A stretch of DNA of 63,309 nt, filler included, from Phoronis australis (taxonomy: Eukaryota; Animalia; Phoronida): NCBI GenBank assembly GCA_002633005.1. It is 6 parts of 6 records of this genome, joined end to end, with 100 filler letters (N's around TTAATTAATTAA, not from the genome) between each part and the next. Parts side by side here need not be neighbours in the genome. Positions count along the whole stretch, not along the records: positions 13,147 to 40,261 come from NMRA01000695.1; 5 more parts are not named here. One strand, written 5' to 3'. Made by a program: the position numbers and the translations under genes. Shown here piece after piece: positions 13,212 to 25,600 of the stretch (position 1 is the first letter of the stretch; every line of letters begins with the position of its first letter). The notes under the pieces are model-generated. The model was not told the DNA's origin and searched no databases. It worked only from the letters and a program-made list of their open reading frames with translations.

Positions 13212-13596
13212 AGCACATTCAGTTACAAGGAAAAAATGGCGGCGTTCAGGACAAGTTCCTGAACTGATGAGCCGGAAATGTGGGTACGGAAATAATCGAT
13301 GACAACCGGTAATCATACGCTCAGAGAGAAGGGTCAAATGCTGTTAAAAAATCGCTTTTGGCAGGAAAGGCGAAAAGAATATAAAGAAAGGGTGTCGAAA
13401 ATAAGAATTTATGTAGTAAGTATTTTCGGATACTAGAACCACATGGGCAGTTTGCAACAAGGACTTTAAGATACTTAACTAAACTTCATTCTGTGACTTG
13501 ATTTTTGAAAACAGCACGAGCAAGCGAAATGTGAAGTTGCACGTGCAATATGGCGAACATGTGAAGGAAGATTTTTTATCTCTCTGAAAAAAAGAT
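13212..13596. promoter_or_regulatory. Putative bidirectional promoter between TMEM101-like and the GH18-like gene
   Basis: Divergent ATGs at 13211 (-) and 13597 (+). YY1-like AAAATGGCGGC near 13233 and ETS-like CCGGAAAT near 13272. Confidence 0.5.
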
Positions 13597-13609
13597 ATGT
13601 TCTGGCACA
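13597..13609 (+). CDS. GH18-like exon 1 (MFWH)
   Basis: ATGTTCTGGCACA|GTAAGT; consensus donor, phase 1. Confidence 0.5.
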
Positions 13610-16600
13610 GTAAGTAATTTTTCGTGTCATGTTGCGCTTTCAATTTGAGATGTGCTTTTTACCAATTGAGTAAAACTTATTCTCAAAAATTGTAACTTTC
13701 AACATGAGAGCATATTAAAATGTTTATCATTTTGAAGATGGATTTCGCCTAAAGTATGTCTAGCCAGCTGCATGGCTGACAAAGCATGACTAAACGTAAA
13801 AACACAACTAGTAAAGGATGTGGGTAATATACTGTAAGCAATTTAAGCGAAGCTCCGAGTTTTCAGTTCGCCACAACTCTGTTAGTTGCGGCCCTCTCGC
13901 CACGAAACGTATAGCAAAATACAACACGTCCAACAGTTCGTAAGTTTCTGAAAATACGAAATTCATTAAATTACAATAGTTTCCTTCGCGAGATACTCAC
14001 AACAGGGCCCAGTTGCATAAAAGTTATACGCCGTATAGCAACAATGACGTAGCATTATCACGTGTCACGTTGACTTGAACAATGCACCTGACGTCATGCA
14101 ACAATCAAACTTTAAAAGCTTTATGCAACTCAGCCCGGGTGTCTATGTGTTCATGGTGTCTCAAATGTTTGCGATTAGTTTTGAACATCATACAGTTCTC
14201 ATCAAGACTGATTTTTATATACTTCCATCATTCGACAATACTTTAGCTTTGCGAGTCTTCGTGGCATGTTGTTTACAACCAATTGAAAGAAGTTTCAATC
14301 GATATGTTTTCCCTAGGCTTCTTAGACACAACCTGGTGAGTCCTAATTCGATAGATTGGAGGAATTAGCCGGCCGGCTTGGAGGCAATGCCCATTTGCGT
14401 TACGCTTTAAGTGACCTCGACAAAGCTTTAATTTGCCCGTTTTTATTTGTTTTCAAATTTTGCTGTTTTGTATTTACATGTACATGTAGGTCTTGTACCT
14501 GCTCCTTATTTGTAAAACAAAATAGGGTCACCGCATTACTTTTACCGGTGTTGTAGCCGCCTTAACAGAGAGGCCTCTGACAAAAAAGTTGAGTTTGCAT
14601 GATTACTGAAAAGTCATTCTAATTAAACCATGAATAAATCATTGAAATCCGTTTGAAAACGAGATAAAGTCGTTGCACGATGTCAGTTTTAGCGACTTCA
14701 ATTGTTTCTGCGCAAAAGCAAACCAATTCAAACCACATGTCATTCATTCCAAGATATAAAGGTTCTGGTGAAATTTGAAAGTTTTATATTTGAGGCATGT
14801 CTAGTGAAATTACAAGGCTTTGAAAAGGAAAGTCTCATTTACCTGACTTGAAATGAATCTATTTTCACAGAAGCCATGACGCTTTTGTTATCTGTCGCTT
14901 CTCCGGTCCACGGCAACCTGATGTTCGGTAGGTAGACTAAACCTGATTAAGTTCAATCGTAATTTTTAAAGGGTAATTGGAAACGATGCCATGGTCGTGC
15001 CATTTAGTTACAGATACGATACCTAAACCCCAGCCAACACCAAATCAGCGTTTCAAATTCCATACCAGCTGCTCCGGTGCCAGAACTCTGGCACCCGCGG
15101 GTCAAATTCCTCACCCTGACCTCAGGAACCACTGGTTCCTAGCCCTGACCCATGCTTAATAGCGGTGAGGAGTTCGCTGCCCGGGTCAGATGTGTGGCCT
15201 CAGAATATGCATGTGAACTATTTTCGGCAAGTGTGCGGAGTTTTTGGCCATGCTATGCAAGTGAGCTGTAATCTTGATGCCAACGCTTTCAGAAATTACA
15301 TGGGAATGAAATTTGTTTCACATGAATGCCACCCCAAACTTTCACTGGTTGTTGCTCACCATTCATGTGAATAGATCAATTTACTAGTGATTAAAATAGT
15401 CAAAAATAAATTTTCATAATATCATTTATTGTACATCGTAGGCTTTGTCCACTCGTAAATAAATACATAAATTCAAATGTATATTCAGAGTATTTACACG
15501 GACAGCAGTTCTTCTCCTAAAGCCACAGCCTTCCGATGCAAGGCGCTGGATACTGTCATGGTTTTTCTGGTGGAATAACCTAACAAGAGAATAGTTAACA
15601 TTCATAATCTCTGGTAGAAGATTTCTTCTAATGTCTCCAAGAACAGGGCATGGACTCATGAAATGAGGCTCATCTTCAATTTCACCCAGACAGCATATGC
15701 CGCATATTTTCTCACTTCTAGGAATACCCATATGTCTCCCTTTCTCTATATCAAGTGAGTGACCTGAACATCGATATTGCGCAAGTATTCTACTCGAATA
15801 AGAGCTTAAAATTCACAAATATTGCTCGCTAACAACATTACGTTTAATAAGACTATAAAATTCATACTTATTTGAGCTACCTAATTCTAGTTGCTATTCC
15901 TGTACGCCACAATCCAGTAATCTCTGCTTGAATACCATAATAAGTTCAGCACCATTGCCTGGCCAAATAACCAAACTTCTCCATAACCGTACCTATACAA
16001 AATTTCTTTGACACGGAGTTACAATTACCGTTTTCACCTTGTTCCCTAAGCATACTATAGCACTTCAGTGGGTACCTATGTTCTTCCATATCAAGTAATT
16101 TTGACCAATACATATATTTTGTAATTAACAATTGTCTCCCACATTCACCACGAGCCATACCATTTGGCACTTTGATACTCAATCTCAGAACATATTTACA
16201 GAAATCATTACCAACTTTTTCAATAGATTCACACATTGATGGTCCCCATATTTCTGCACCATATGTTAATATGGGCATTATCACTGATAGAGTCAAAGAG
16301 TTTAAAATGCACTCCATGGGAAATACAGTTAAATTTTGACAGAGTGGCTTTAATAACACTCATTGCTTTTCGAGCTTGGCTTGCAAGTTCTCTATAACAC
16401 TCTGCTCATTTAAGTCTGCAGGAAAATGTGACTCCGAGGTACGTATAGAACGATTTGGTATCTACTTTCTTGTCGCAAAAAACACGTTTCAGTATTTGAA
16501 AGTATGTCCCCTCGCTTAAATACCACAACATTCGTTTTCTCCAAATTAACTTGCAAGTTGCAATCCCGACAAAACTTTTCGAGGACATTGAGCTTCATCT

Positions 16601-19600
16601 GTAGCCCAGCAACAGTATTCGACATCAGCACTAAATCATCAGCAAAAAACAGAGGACCTATGTCACAACTCGGAGAGACACGTATACCTCTGCCAACATT
16701 TTCTCTAATATCAGACACTAGTGTGCTAACAAACACCGAAAACAGCCATGGACTTAAAATACATCCTTGCCGGACACCAACTGTACAGTTAAAATAGGGC
16801 GTGGTCTGTGACTGTACCATAACACACGATTGCATAAAGTCGTACATACTGCGCAAAATGTTTAAAAAATTTCCATGCAGATCTTTGGTTAAAAGGGAAT
16901 ATAATAAACGGGAAATATCTACACTATCAAATGCCTTACTATAATCAACGAATGCTCAATATACTTTCCCCTTCCGTTTAGTGACATGTTTCTGGATAAT
17001 ACTGCGTAGGTTAAAAATGTTATCGATTGTAGAGTACCCAGTCTTAAAGCCTGCTTGTTCTTCCGGGACACATCCCGTGTTATTCGACCATTCAACTATA
17101 CGAGAATAACGAATTTGGTTTAAAAATTTTATTAATTCTACCTATAACGGAGATCCCTGTATAATTATTTGGACTAAATCTGTCTCCCTTTTTGTAATAC
17201 GGTACAATAATACTTTTTGACCATTGGAATGGGTAATGCCCGGTATTGAAAGTTCTATTAAAAAGTTTGTGGAGAAGTTCTACTATAGGGCCTCAGGAAA
17301 GCACTTATAGAATTCAACCGGTATGCCGTCTTCTCCGGGAGATTTATTATTCTTTTCTTTCTTATTGGCCCTTACTATTTCATCTGCGCTAATACCGGCA
17401 TTTAGTTCATCCATGTCAAAGGCACTGGTTACGTCACGCTCACTCTGTGGGTGACTACTACAAAGCTCACACTGTGCGTCATGCTCTTCAAGAGTCTGTC
17501 TAACTAGGTCATCAAAAGTTTCACTGCGACCCTGGGGGTTATAGCCCCTCCTGCCCCCTATGGTGCGCCGCCCGTGCAGTTTTTCCCAAGGTCTTCCCAG
17601 TGTCACTCAATAAGCATATGCTGTGCTCTCCGACAGGACATCACGATATGAGATCGATCTCTCCAAAAGCGTAGCCGAATTGACTCGGAACTATTTAGGA
17701 GATCGCATCTGGAATTTAGAGAGGAGCTGCCATGGAATCGTTTCCAACATCTGTATATGGTGTCCTTTTCTCCATCGACGTCATCGTAATACTTGTATCA
17801 ACATCACCACTACAACCATCATGACAACCACAACCATAACCACATCGTTTCCGATCGTGATCATCGTCCCATCACCATTGTCAACTGTAGCCACCGACAA
17901 CTTCCTCGTCAGTTTCGTCATCTTCATCCTTATTGCCGTCTGTTTCATCTTGGTCAACCAATGCCTCTATCGACCCGCATTACCATAACTCTTATCTCCA
18001 TCGCGAGATTCATCACCATAACCACTGGCATGATCATGATTATCGATACCGTCATTTTTTGCCATCAATTTATCATTTCATCTTCTTGATCTCTTCTGGA
18101 CACAAAACAATTATACCTGTACTTTACAGCAATGTGTGTTTTGCATACTGTGTAGTGCAATAACTTATTGGTCTATCTATCTGATGGTGGCACGTGTTAT
18201 TTATCGTTTTCTAAGTTTTACAAAGTGTGAAAACATTCTTTCAATTAATGAATAAAGGAAAGTTATATATATATTTCTAATTAAACCGTTGTTTTCTTGA
18301 AATTACTAGGCAACTGGCGACTGAAACTAGGAGTCGGAAAATATCCATTTCAGTCACAACACTATGCCATTCTCGTGGTCACGTGACCGTGTTTTTACCC
18401 AAAATGTCGTTTCTTGAAATGTGTATTATTTTTTGAAACTTGGTTTTTCATAGGTGTGAAATAGGATTGCACTTAACATTTACGGCGAATCCATAAATCA
18501 AGTATAACGGAATCAAGTTCATCTGGCTCCATGACTTATTGTATTTCAGAGGTAAATCGTGTGTGCTATGTGCAGATTGCTGCTAGTGTTCTAGCGCAGC
18601 CAGACACATTCGGAGCGGAACAGATAAAGCACGTGGACCCGTATTTATGTACTCACCTCGTCTTCCACAAGTCTCGATTTGGGGAGCATTTGCAAGACGC
18701 GACCTATTTCTGTAAGTGAAACTACGTGACGAACTACCGCGCCCACTGGCGAAACTAGTAGTTTTTAGTTTGAGTGGGGGTCAAACATAATTTGCCCAAC
18801 TTATTAAATATGCTCTTATGGTTTGGTTTTATGAATGAATATTAATTTTTGAAGACCTTTTGGTCAGTTTCGCATATTTTACTTACTTGAAATTTTACCT
18901 CGAACCCTTTTAGTTGCTTTCTGTGAAAATGAAATAAAAGAAGTGCCCTATACCGGAAGTGGTGACGCTCCCCGCGAATGCGCTCAGGACAAAAGCATTT
19001 TCCCTCGCGTTTCACATTTTTCGACACCAGATCAGTCAGAAGTGTCCGCAATATCAAAATAATAGCACTCGGACAAACATTTCCATATAGACCTGTCATT
19101 TCGACTGCACAGCGATAACTAATTCGCAACGTCGTTGCATCGCAATTTTGCAAACCTGCTGGAAATTTATCTTTCTAGTTACAAGAGTATAAAGCTGCTG
19201 AGCTCATTGCAACATCATTGACTCGAACTTTATGCCTTACTTTATTTTCTTTTTGATCTAAAAACATCAGTTACGGTTTCATAGATTATGTCATGGTATC
19301 AGCAAAATGTTTCAAAATCCATGTATGTAGTAATTTTATACGTGTAACTCACTGGCCATTGTCGAGCAGAGGCAAGGACCTGAGTCGTGACAAGGAATAC
19401 ATGTAGCTTTCATTGAAATCTAGATCTGTTTAGCTGTCGTTTTGATCTGTTGTATGCAAAGCTTCCCTGTATGCAAACGGATTCAACAAACTAGAGGCTA
19501 GCATTTTCACAGATATTCAATTCTAGTGTGACCAATGAAAAAGTTCGTTATTTATTTTGTCATGGTGACAGTGATCAAGACATTCATGTTTTTCTGTTGT

Positions 19601-22600
19601 TCTGAAGTGACTGAGAAATATAATTTTTCATGGCCACGCGCATGAACATTACACCAAAATAAAGTCTAATTTCACCTTCTCTTTCGTTAGTAAAGTTTCT
19701 CTTATTTGACTTGCGCCGGTACAAAAGTAAATTATGGCTCACTCAATTCATTTACCTCTAATGCGAAATTAAACAGTAGCGTTCACCACAAAATATATTG
19801 CAACACTGTCATTCACTGGTTTGAACTTGATGGATTAGAATTTGAATTAATTTTTACTCTTTCATTGACATTTGTTTCACAAACGTTAGTGAATAACTGT
19901 AGAATCCTGAAGCAAATTACATATAGTGACAAGGCTCCGACTGTAATGGCCGTGAAACGTTCTTGCTGAGTACTTAGCCAGGCTTTCTTTTACTTTCATA
20001 CAAACCAGAAAACACCATTTCCCATGCCAAATGGATTTCGCAAGCTACTGTTTAACTTCCAAGATCCACGCGACGGGCGTAAGCGCGTCGCATAAGGTTA
20101 TCGCTTGTGGAACGCTATCATTGTTTTCCTTTGTTGCGTCTTTGTTGGATATAACAATACCGGTCGCACGGACATCGTACCTTGGGCGCTCATCAGCCGG
20201 TTACCAATAATTGCTTATTTTTAATCTCAGTCCCGGTTTTGTGCTATCACCAACTGCATTATAAACTCTGACTGCAGATGATATTAGGCCATCTGTTCGC
20301 CTTCTAAAGAACGAAAACCCTGAGCTCAGGTTCCTTTGGTCCATGGACATTTCGTCTGACCACAACTTCAGCCAAACACACGAACTGGACACGACTCACT
20401 TGAATGGGCTTCTTGACATTCTGCAAAGGAATGATTTGTCTGGTCTCGTGTTTGTCGCAAATCGGTCGAATGAAGAACGTTTAACCAATCTAATAATGGT
20501 AAGGCCACGGTAAGGGTGCCTTACTGTATTTAGACAATGTGATTCACCGGCGAGACTATAAGCAGTTCCAAATTTCAGTTATAGCATTTTCAGTTGTCAC
20601 GTTGAAAAGCGCCTGGTTAACATAAGTGACATTTTCTTCTTGAGAAACAGTTATTGTTTTGGATCTCATTAAGACGCCAGTACATGTCGTCAGAAAAAGA
20701 TGCGGGATGTGCGTTACGTAGACACGAGACTGACTTCTTGGCGAAAATGCAAGATTACGCGAGACATCACGAGATATCGCCATATAATATAAGCAAAACA
20801 TGCAATCACATTAGCTTCCTTCGCGGAGTTCACGTGTCTACGTATATGACTGAGCCTGTCGAAGCCATATTGTTGTGCCTACTTATCCCTTATGGACTCA
20901 ATTCACACACCTAGACAGGAAGCGCGTTCCAAAACGAGGCTAACTACATAGCTCGGTTGATGGCTTATCGGCATAGTTGTGTTCTGCGTTGCCATACGCC
21001 GCGACGAAGGAAAATATTTCCGTGTAAAATTTATGAATGCTTTCGAAAAGTTTGATCATATTTTGTCGCATCTCGGTTGCCGAGCATCATAGCAATGACC
21101 GGTGAACCTTCGGCCAGTCAGATTGTGTTTTCATGACTACCGGTTGAAACATGGTGCATTTGTTTTCAAAAAGGACAGAACCCTCAATCCCTCGATTGTG
21201 GGACCGCATATCGGTCTTATTCTTCTCTAAAAAATATTGAAAAATCGCGCGAAATTCCCCTCACGATTCCTAAAAATTCCCCTAAAATGATTGAAACTTG
21301 TAACCACACAGGTGACAATTTGAAAGAGCACAAAATACAAAAGGCTACTTGAGACTGCCTATGAGAGCTTGCAACAGTTAGGGCGGGTGTGCTATTGCAT
21401 ATGCACTAAAAAAAGTTGGGGGGCTACAGCCGCCCCAGCCCCCTATGGTGTGCCGCCTACGTACTGATGGTGATCTGGAAGTAAATTTCCTCCTCACTCG
21501 ACGAAAAATCCCCCTCTCAGAAGGCACGGGCACCTTTCCCCTCGGATGAACGCGGCCTTGAAGGAACATGATAACTACTCTTGTTCTGCCCAGTTAACAG
21601 AAATTAAGCTCTGAAACGAGATGAGTTAATTTTTCAGTTTATGCTTTAAGCGAACAGACTAGGTGTTTTATTTTGAAATTCAACTTGGTCCAGATTGATA
21701 TTAGAAACCTAACAGATGAACATGTAAAATTTATTAAAACCAAGACAGCAGAATTGATGGTTAAATAGTTTTTAGCTTCAGTCAGCAGCCTGTTTTTTTA
21801 TTTTAATAAAAATAATTTTAATAAAATCAATCCTTCTTAAAGGTTAATGACAAATTAAGAGTTAGTCCAGGTATTCCCTAACTTGTTCACTACCAGCACC
21901 TGCTGTGCTTGATGTCAATATTCTTGATTAACAAATTAAACCAGATGTGACTTGCACATGAAAGCAAAATGCGATGAGCCACCACTGTCAAATATACCCC
22001 CGCATTCAGCATACATAATCCGTAACACGGTTGCCGCAATTTGGTCATTTATTTTTCATGTTTCGAAACTAGTTTCCGAAAAAAACTTGTACCCTTTCGT
22101 CGGACAACTCTTTGGTTCATTGACTTGTTCTCTAATGTATCGGTGTTTTTTTTTTCGTCTTTGTATTTAATTGTCTACAAAATATTTAGGGTTTAATATG
22201 GAGGTTGGACTAGAAAGACCAGCCATTTAACTCATGCAATGTCAACTTCCGCTTTGTTTATCGCACTGAGCCTCGCTTTGGGTTTTAATGTTCCCCGCGT
22301 TAATTAGGATTTTGGAGCGAAAGGGATCAAACAACACACGTGAGCGTATGCTTTACAACATCGCAGCATGTCGATCACGTTTTCCCGCCGAATCGTTTTC
22401 TCGCAAGTGGACTAACTGCATGGGTTATTCTTTGGTTCAACCTTGTGTGGGTGTTTTTTTTTTCTGTAGCCAGATTCTAATCTATCTGGTTTTCATCTAG
22501 GAAACAAAGGCTATATTTGACGACTATGCAAAGCTGATGGGTACAAGGTTCACCTTGGCAGCTCAAGTAATGCCCTCTATGAACCTTTACAAAATACAAT

Positions 22601-25600
22601 TAGTTATACGGTAAGTCCAATTANATATAAGCAAAACATGCAATCACATTAGCTTCCTTCGCGGAGTTCACGTGTCTACGTATATGACTGAGCCTGTCGA
22701 AGCCATATTGTTGTGCCTAGTTATCCCTTATGGACTCAATTCACACAGCTAGACAGGAAGCGCGTTCCAAAACGAGGCTAACTACATAGCTCGGTTGATG
22801 GCTTATCGGCATAGTTGTGTTCTGCGTTGCTCGATCTTAAAAGTCGTTGCCATACGCTGCGACGAAGGAAAATATTTCCGTGTAAAATTTATGAATGCTT
22901 TCGAAAAGTTTGATCATATTTTGTCGCATCTCGGTTGCCGAGCATCATAGCAATGACCCCGGTGAACCTTCGGCCAGTCAGATTGTGTTTTCATGACTAC
23001 CGGTTGAAACATGGTGAATTTGTTTTCAAAAAGGACAGAGCCCTCAATCCCTCGATTGTGGGACCGCATATCGGTCTTATTCCTCTCTAAAAATATTGAA
23101 AAATCGCGCGAAATTCCCCTCACGATTCCTAAAAATTCCCCTAAAGTGATTGAAACTTGTAACCACACAGGTGACGATTTGAAAGAGCACAAAATACAAA
23201 ATGCTACTTGAGACTGCCTATGAGAGCTTGCAACAGTTAGGGCAGGTGTGCTATTGCATATGCAACGCAGCACTAAAAAAAAGTTGGGGGGGCTACAGCC
23301 GCCCCAGCCCCCTATGGTGTGCCGCCTACGTACTGATGGTGATCTGGAAGTAAATTTCCTCCTCACTCGACGAAAAATCCCCCTCTCAGAAGACACGGGC
23401 ACCTTTCCCCTCGGATGAACGCGGCCTTGAAGGAACATGATAACTACTCTTGTTCTGCCCAGTTAACTGAAATTAAGCTCTGAAACGAGATGAGTTAAAT
23501 TTTCAGTTTATGCTTTAAGTGAACAGACTAGGTGTTTTATGTTGAAATTCAACTTGGTCCAGATTGATATTAGAAACCTAACAGATGAACATGTAAAATT
23601 TATTAAAACCAAGACAGCAGAATTGATGGTTAAATAGTTTTTAGCTTCAGTCACCAGCCTGTTTTTTATTTTAATAAAAATAATTTTAATAAAATCAATC
23701 CTTCTTAAAGGTTAATGACAAATTAAGAGTTAGTCCAGGTAGTCCCTAACTTGTTCACTACCAGGACCTGCTGTGCTTGATGTCAATATTCTTGATTAAC
23801 AAATTAAACCAGATGTGACTTGCACATGAAAGCAAAATGCGATGAGCCACCACTGTCAAATATACCCCCGCATTCAGCATACCTAATCCGTAACACGGTT
23901 GCCGCAATTTGGTCATTTATTTTTCATGTTTCGAAACTAGTTTCCGAAAAAAACTTGTACCCTTTCGTCGGACAACTCTTTGGTTCATTGACTTGTTCTC
24001 TAATGTATAGGTGTTTTTTTTTTCGTCTTTGTATTTAATTGTCTACAAAATATTTAGGGTTTAATATGGAGGTTGGACTAGAAAGACCAGCCATTTAACT
24101 CATGCAATGTCAACTTCCGCTTTGTTTATCGCACTGAGCCTCGCTTTGGGTTTTAATGTTCCCCGCGTTAATTAGGATTTTGGAGCGAAAGGGATCAAAC
24201 AACACACGTGAGCGTATGCTTTACAACATCGCAGCATGTCGATCACGTTTTCCCGCCGAATCGTTTTCTCGCAAGTGGACTAACTGCATGGGTTATTCTT
24301 TGGTTCAACCTTGTGTGGGTGTTTTTTTTTTCTGTAGCCAGATTCTAATCTATCTGGTTTTCATCTAGGAAACAAAGGCTATATTTGACGACTATGCAAA
24401 GCTGATGGGTACAAGGTTCACCTTGGCAGCTCAAGTAATGCCCTCTATGAACCTTTACAAAATACAATTAGTTATACGGTAAGTCCAATTACTCCTTTGG
24501 GAACGAGATTAAAGAACTTTCGCCAAACGTTGATTTTTGTGTGTGATATGTTAGTTTTTTGCCTTACGTTCTCATGCAATAAATCTGACAGTTTGTTATT
24601 ATCGATTCTATATTAATTATGACTTTGTATAATGTAGGCCCACAAGACCATTTCCTATTAGGCCCAGTTCGGTAGAGTCACAAACATTTTCATTTTAGAC
24701 ACATTGAATTTGTGGTATTGGAAACGGTGAAAGTTCGCCAGTTTGAATCTGAATCCATCACTCCTGTTTCTGGCAGCGACAAAGATTACAGTATTGTGAG
24801 TATAGCAACGAATGCTTTTTCAGTCTATGGTCACTGCACGATTTCCTTCTAGTACGTGTAGGTCTATATGTGTGGCTGAGAAGCTGCAAACTTGACTGTA
24901 CCAAACAGTACACGACACGCATGCGCGCTCCTTTGATGATTTTTACTTCCGGCGGGCTAATTAAGCAAGTAACCCCACCTATGGACTGAGAATCAGCAGA
25001 TAATTACGGTCACCCAGCATAGTGAGAACACAGCGAATCAAATAACTTAGACAATGCACGATTGATTACCAATCATCTCAGCTGATAACGGAGAAACTAG
25101 AGAAAAATTATACCTGGAAGTTTGCGCTACGTTTCATTGCCTTGATAAGATGGTCTGGATGGTTTCTATGAAAACGCAACCCTCTGAAACTTGGCTAATC
25201 TCTGCAGTGTGTTTAATACTCGGAATCGGTTAATTGAAGCACACAGCGGTGACAGCTTGGACAGAAGTTGTACCCCCTTACAAACTCGTTGTGACTGTCC
25301 CATTGTATGGAACCAAGTACCACATAGGAGACCGAGACGTCTTTGGTGGACTCGTGTCTATGCGCCAGGTAAGGTACACTATGCAAATGCCACTATTTGA
25401 AAATATGTGTGTCACGTTTAAAAAAGTAAAGATTTTTTAGCAATTTTGTGAGTTGTGCCAGGTGACTAACATCAATTCAAAAATTTGCCTTAGGTTTGCA
25501 TTTTAATGTGAAAAAATGGCGTGACTTAATACAACCCATGGAGATATTATTTGTAGTCTTATTGGTATCTAATTTCATTGTTTTTAAATATGTTCTATTT

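Larger units (their letters stand above)
20787..24491. repeat. Tandem near-identical duplication (20787-22623 and 22625-24491)
   Basis: The two copies are joined by a single N at 22624 and differ only by scattered SNPs and small indels. Confidence 0.95.

Noticed and set aside
13264-13300. CTGATGA...GAAA as a hammerhead ribozyme
   Set aside because: No closing stem II G-C pair and no stems I/III; better explained as promoter or UTR sequence.
17623-18163. His-rich ORFs as a metal-binding protein
   Set aside because: By-product of a degenerate CAT/CAC tract that is open in all frames; intronic, with no convincing splice sites.
22914-23438. 174-aa minus-strand ORF
   Set aside because: No motifs, disrupted in the duplicate copy, and lies in intronic repeat-derived sequence.
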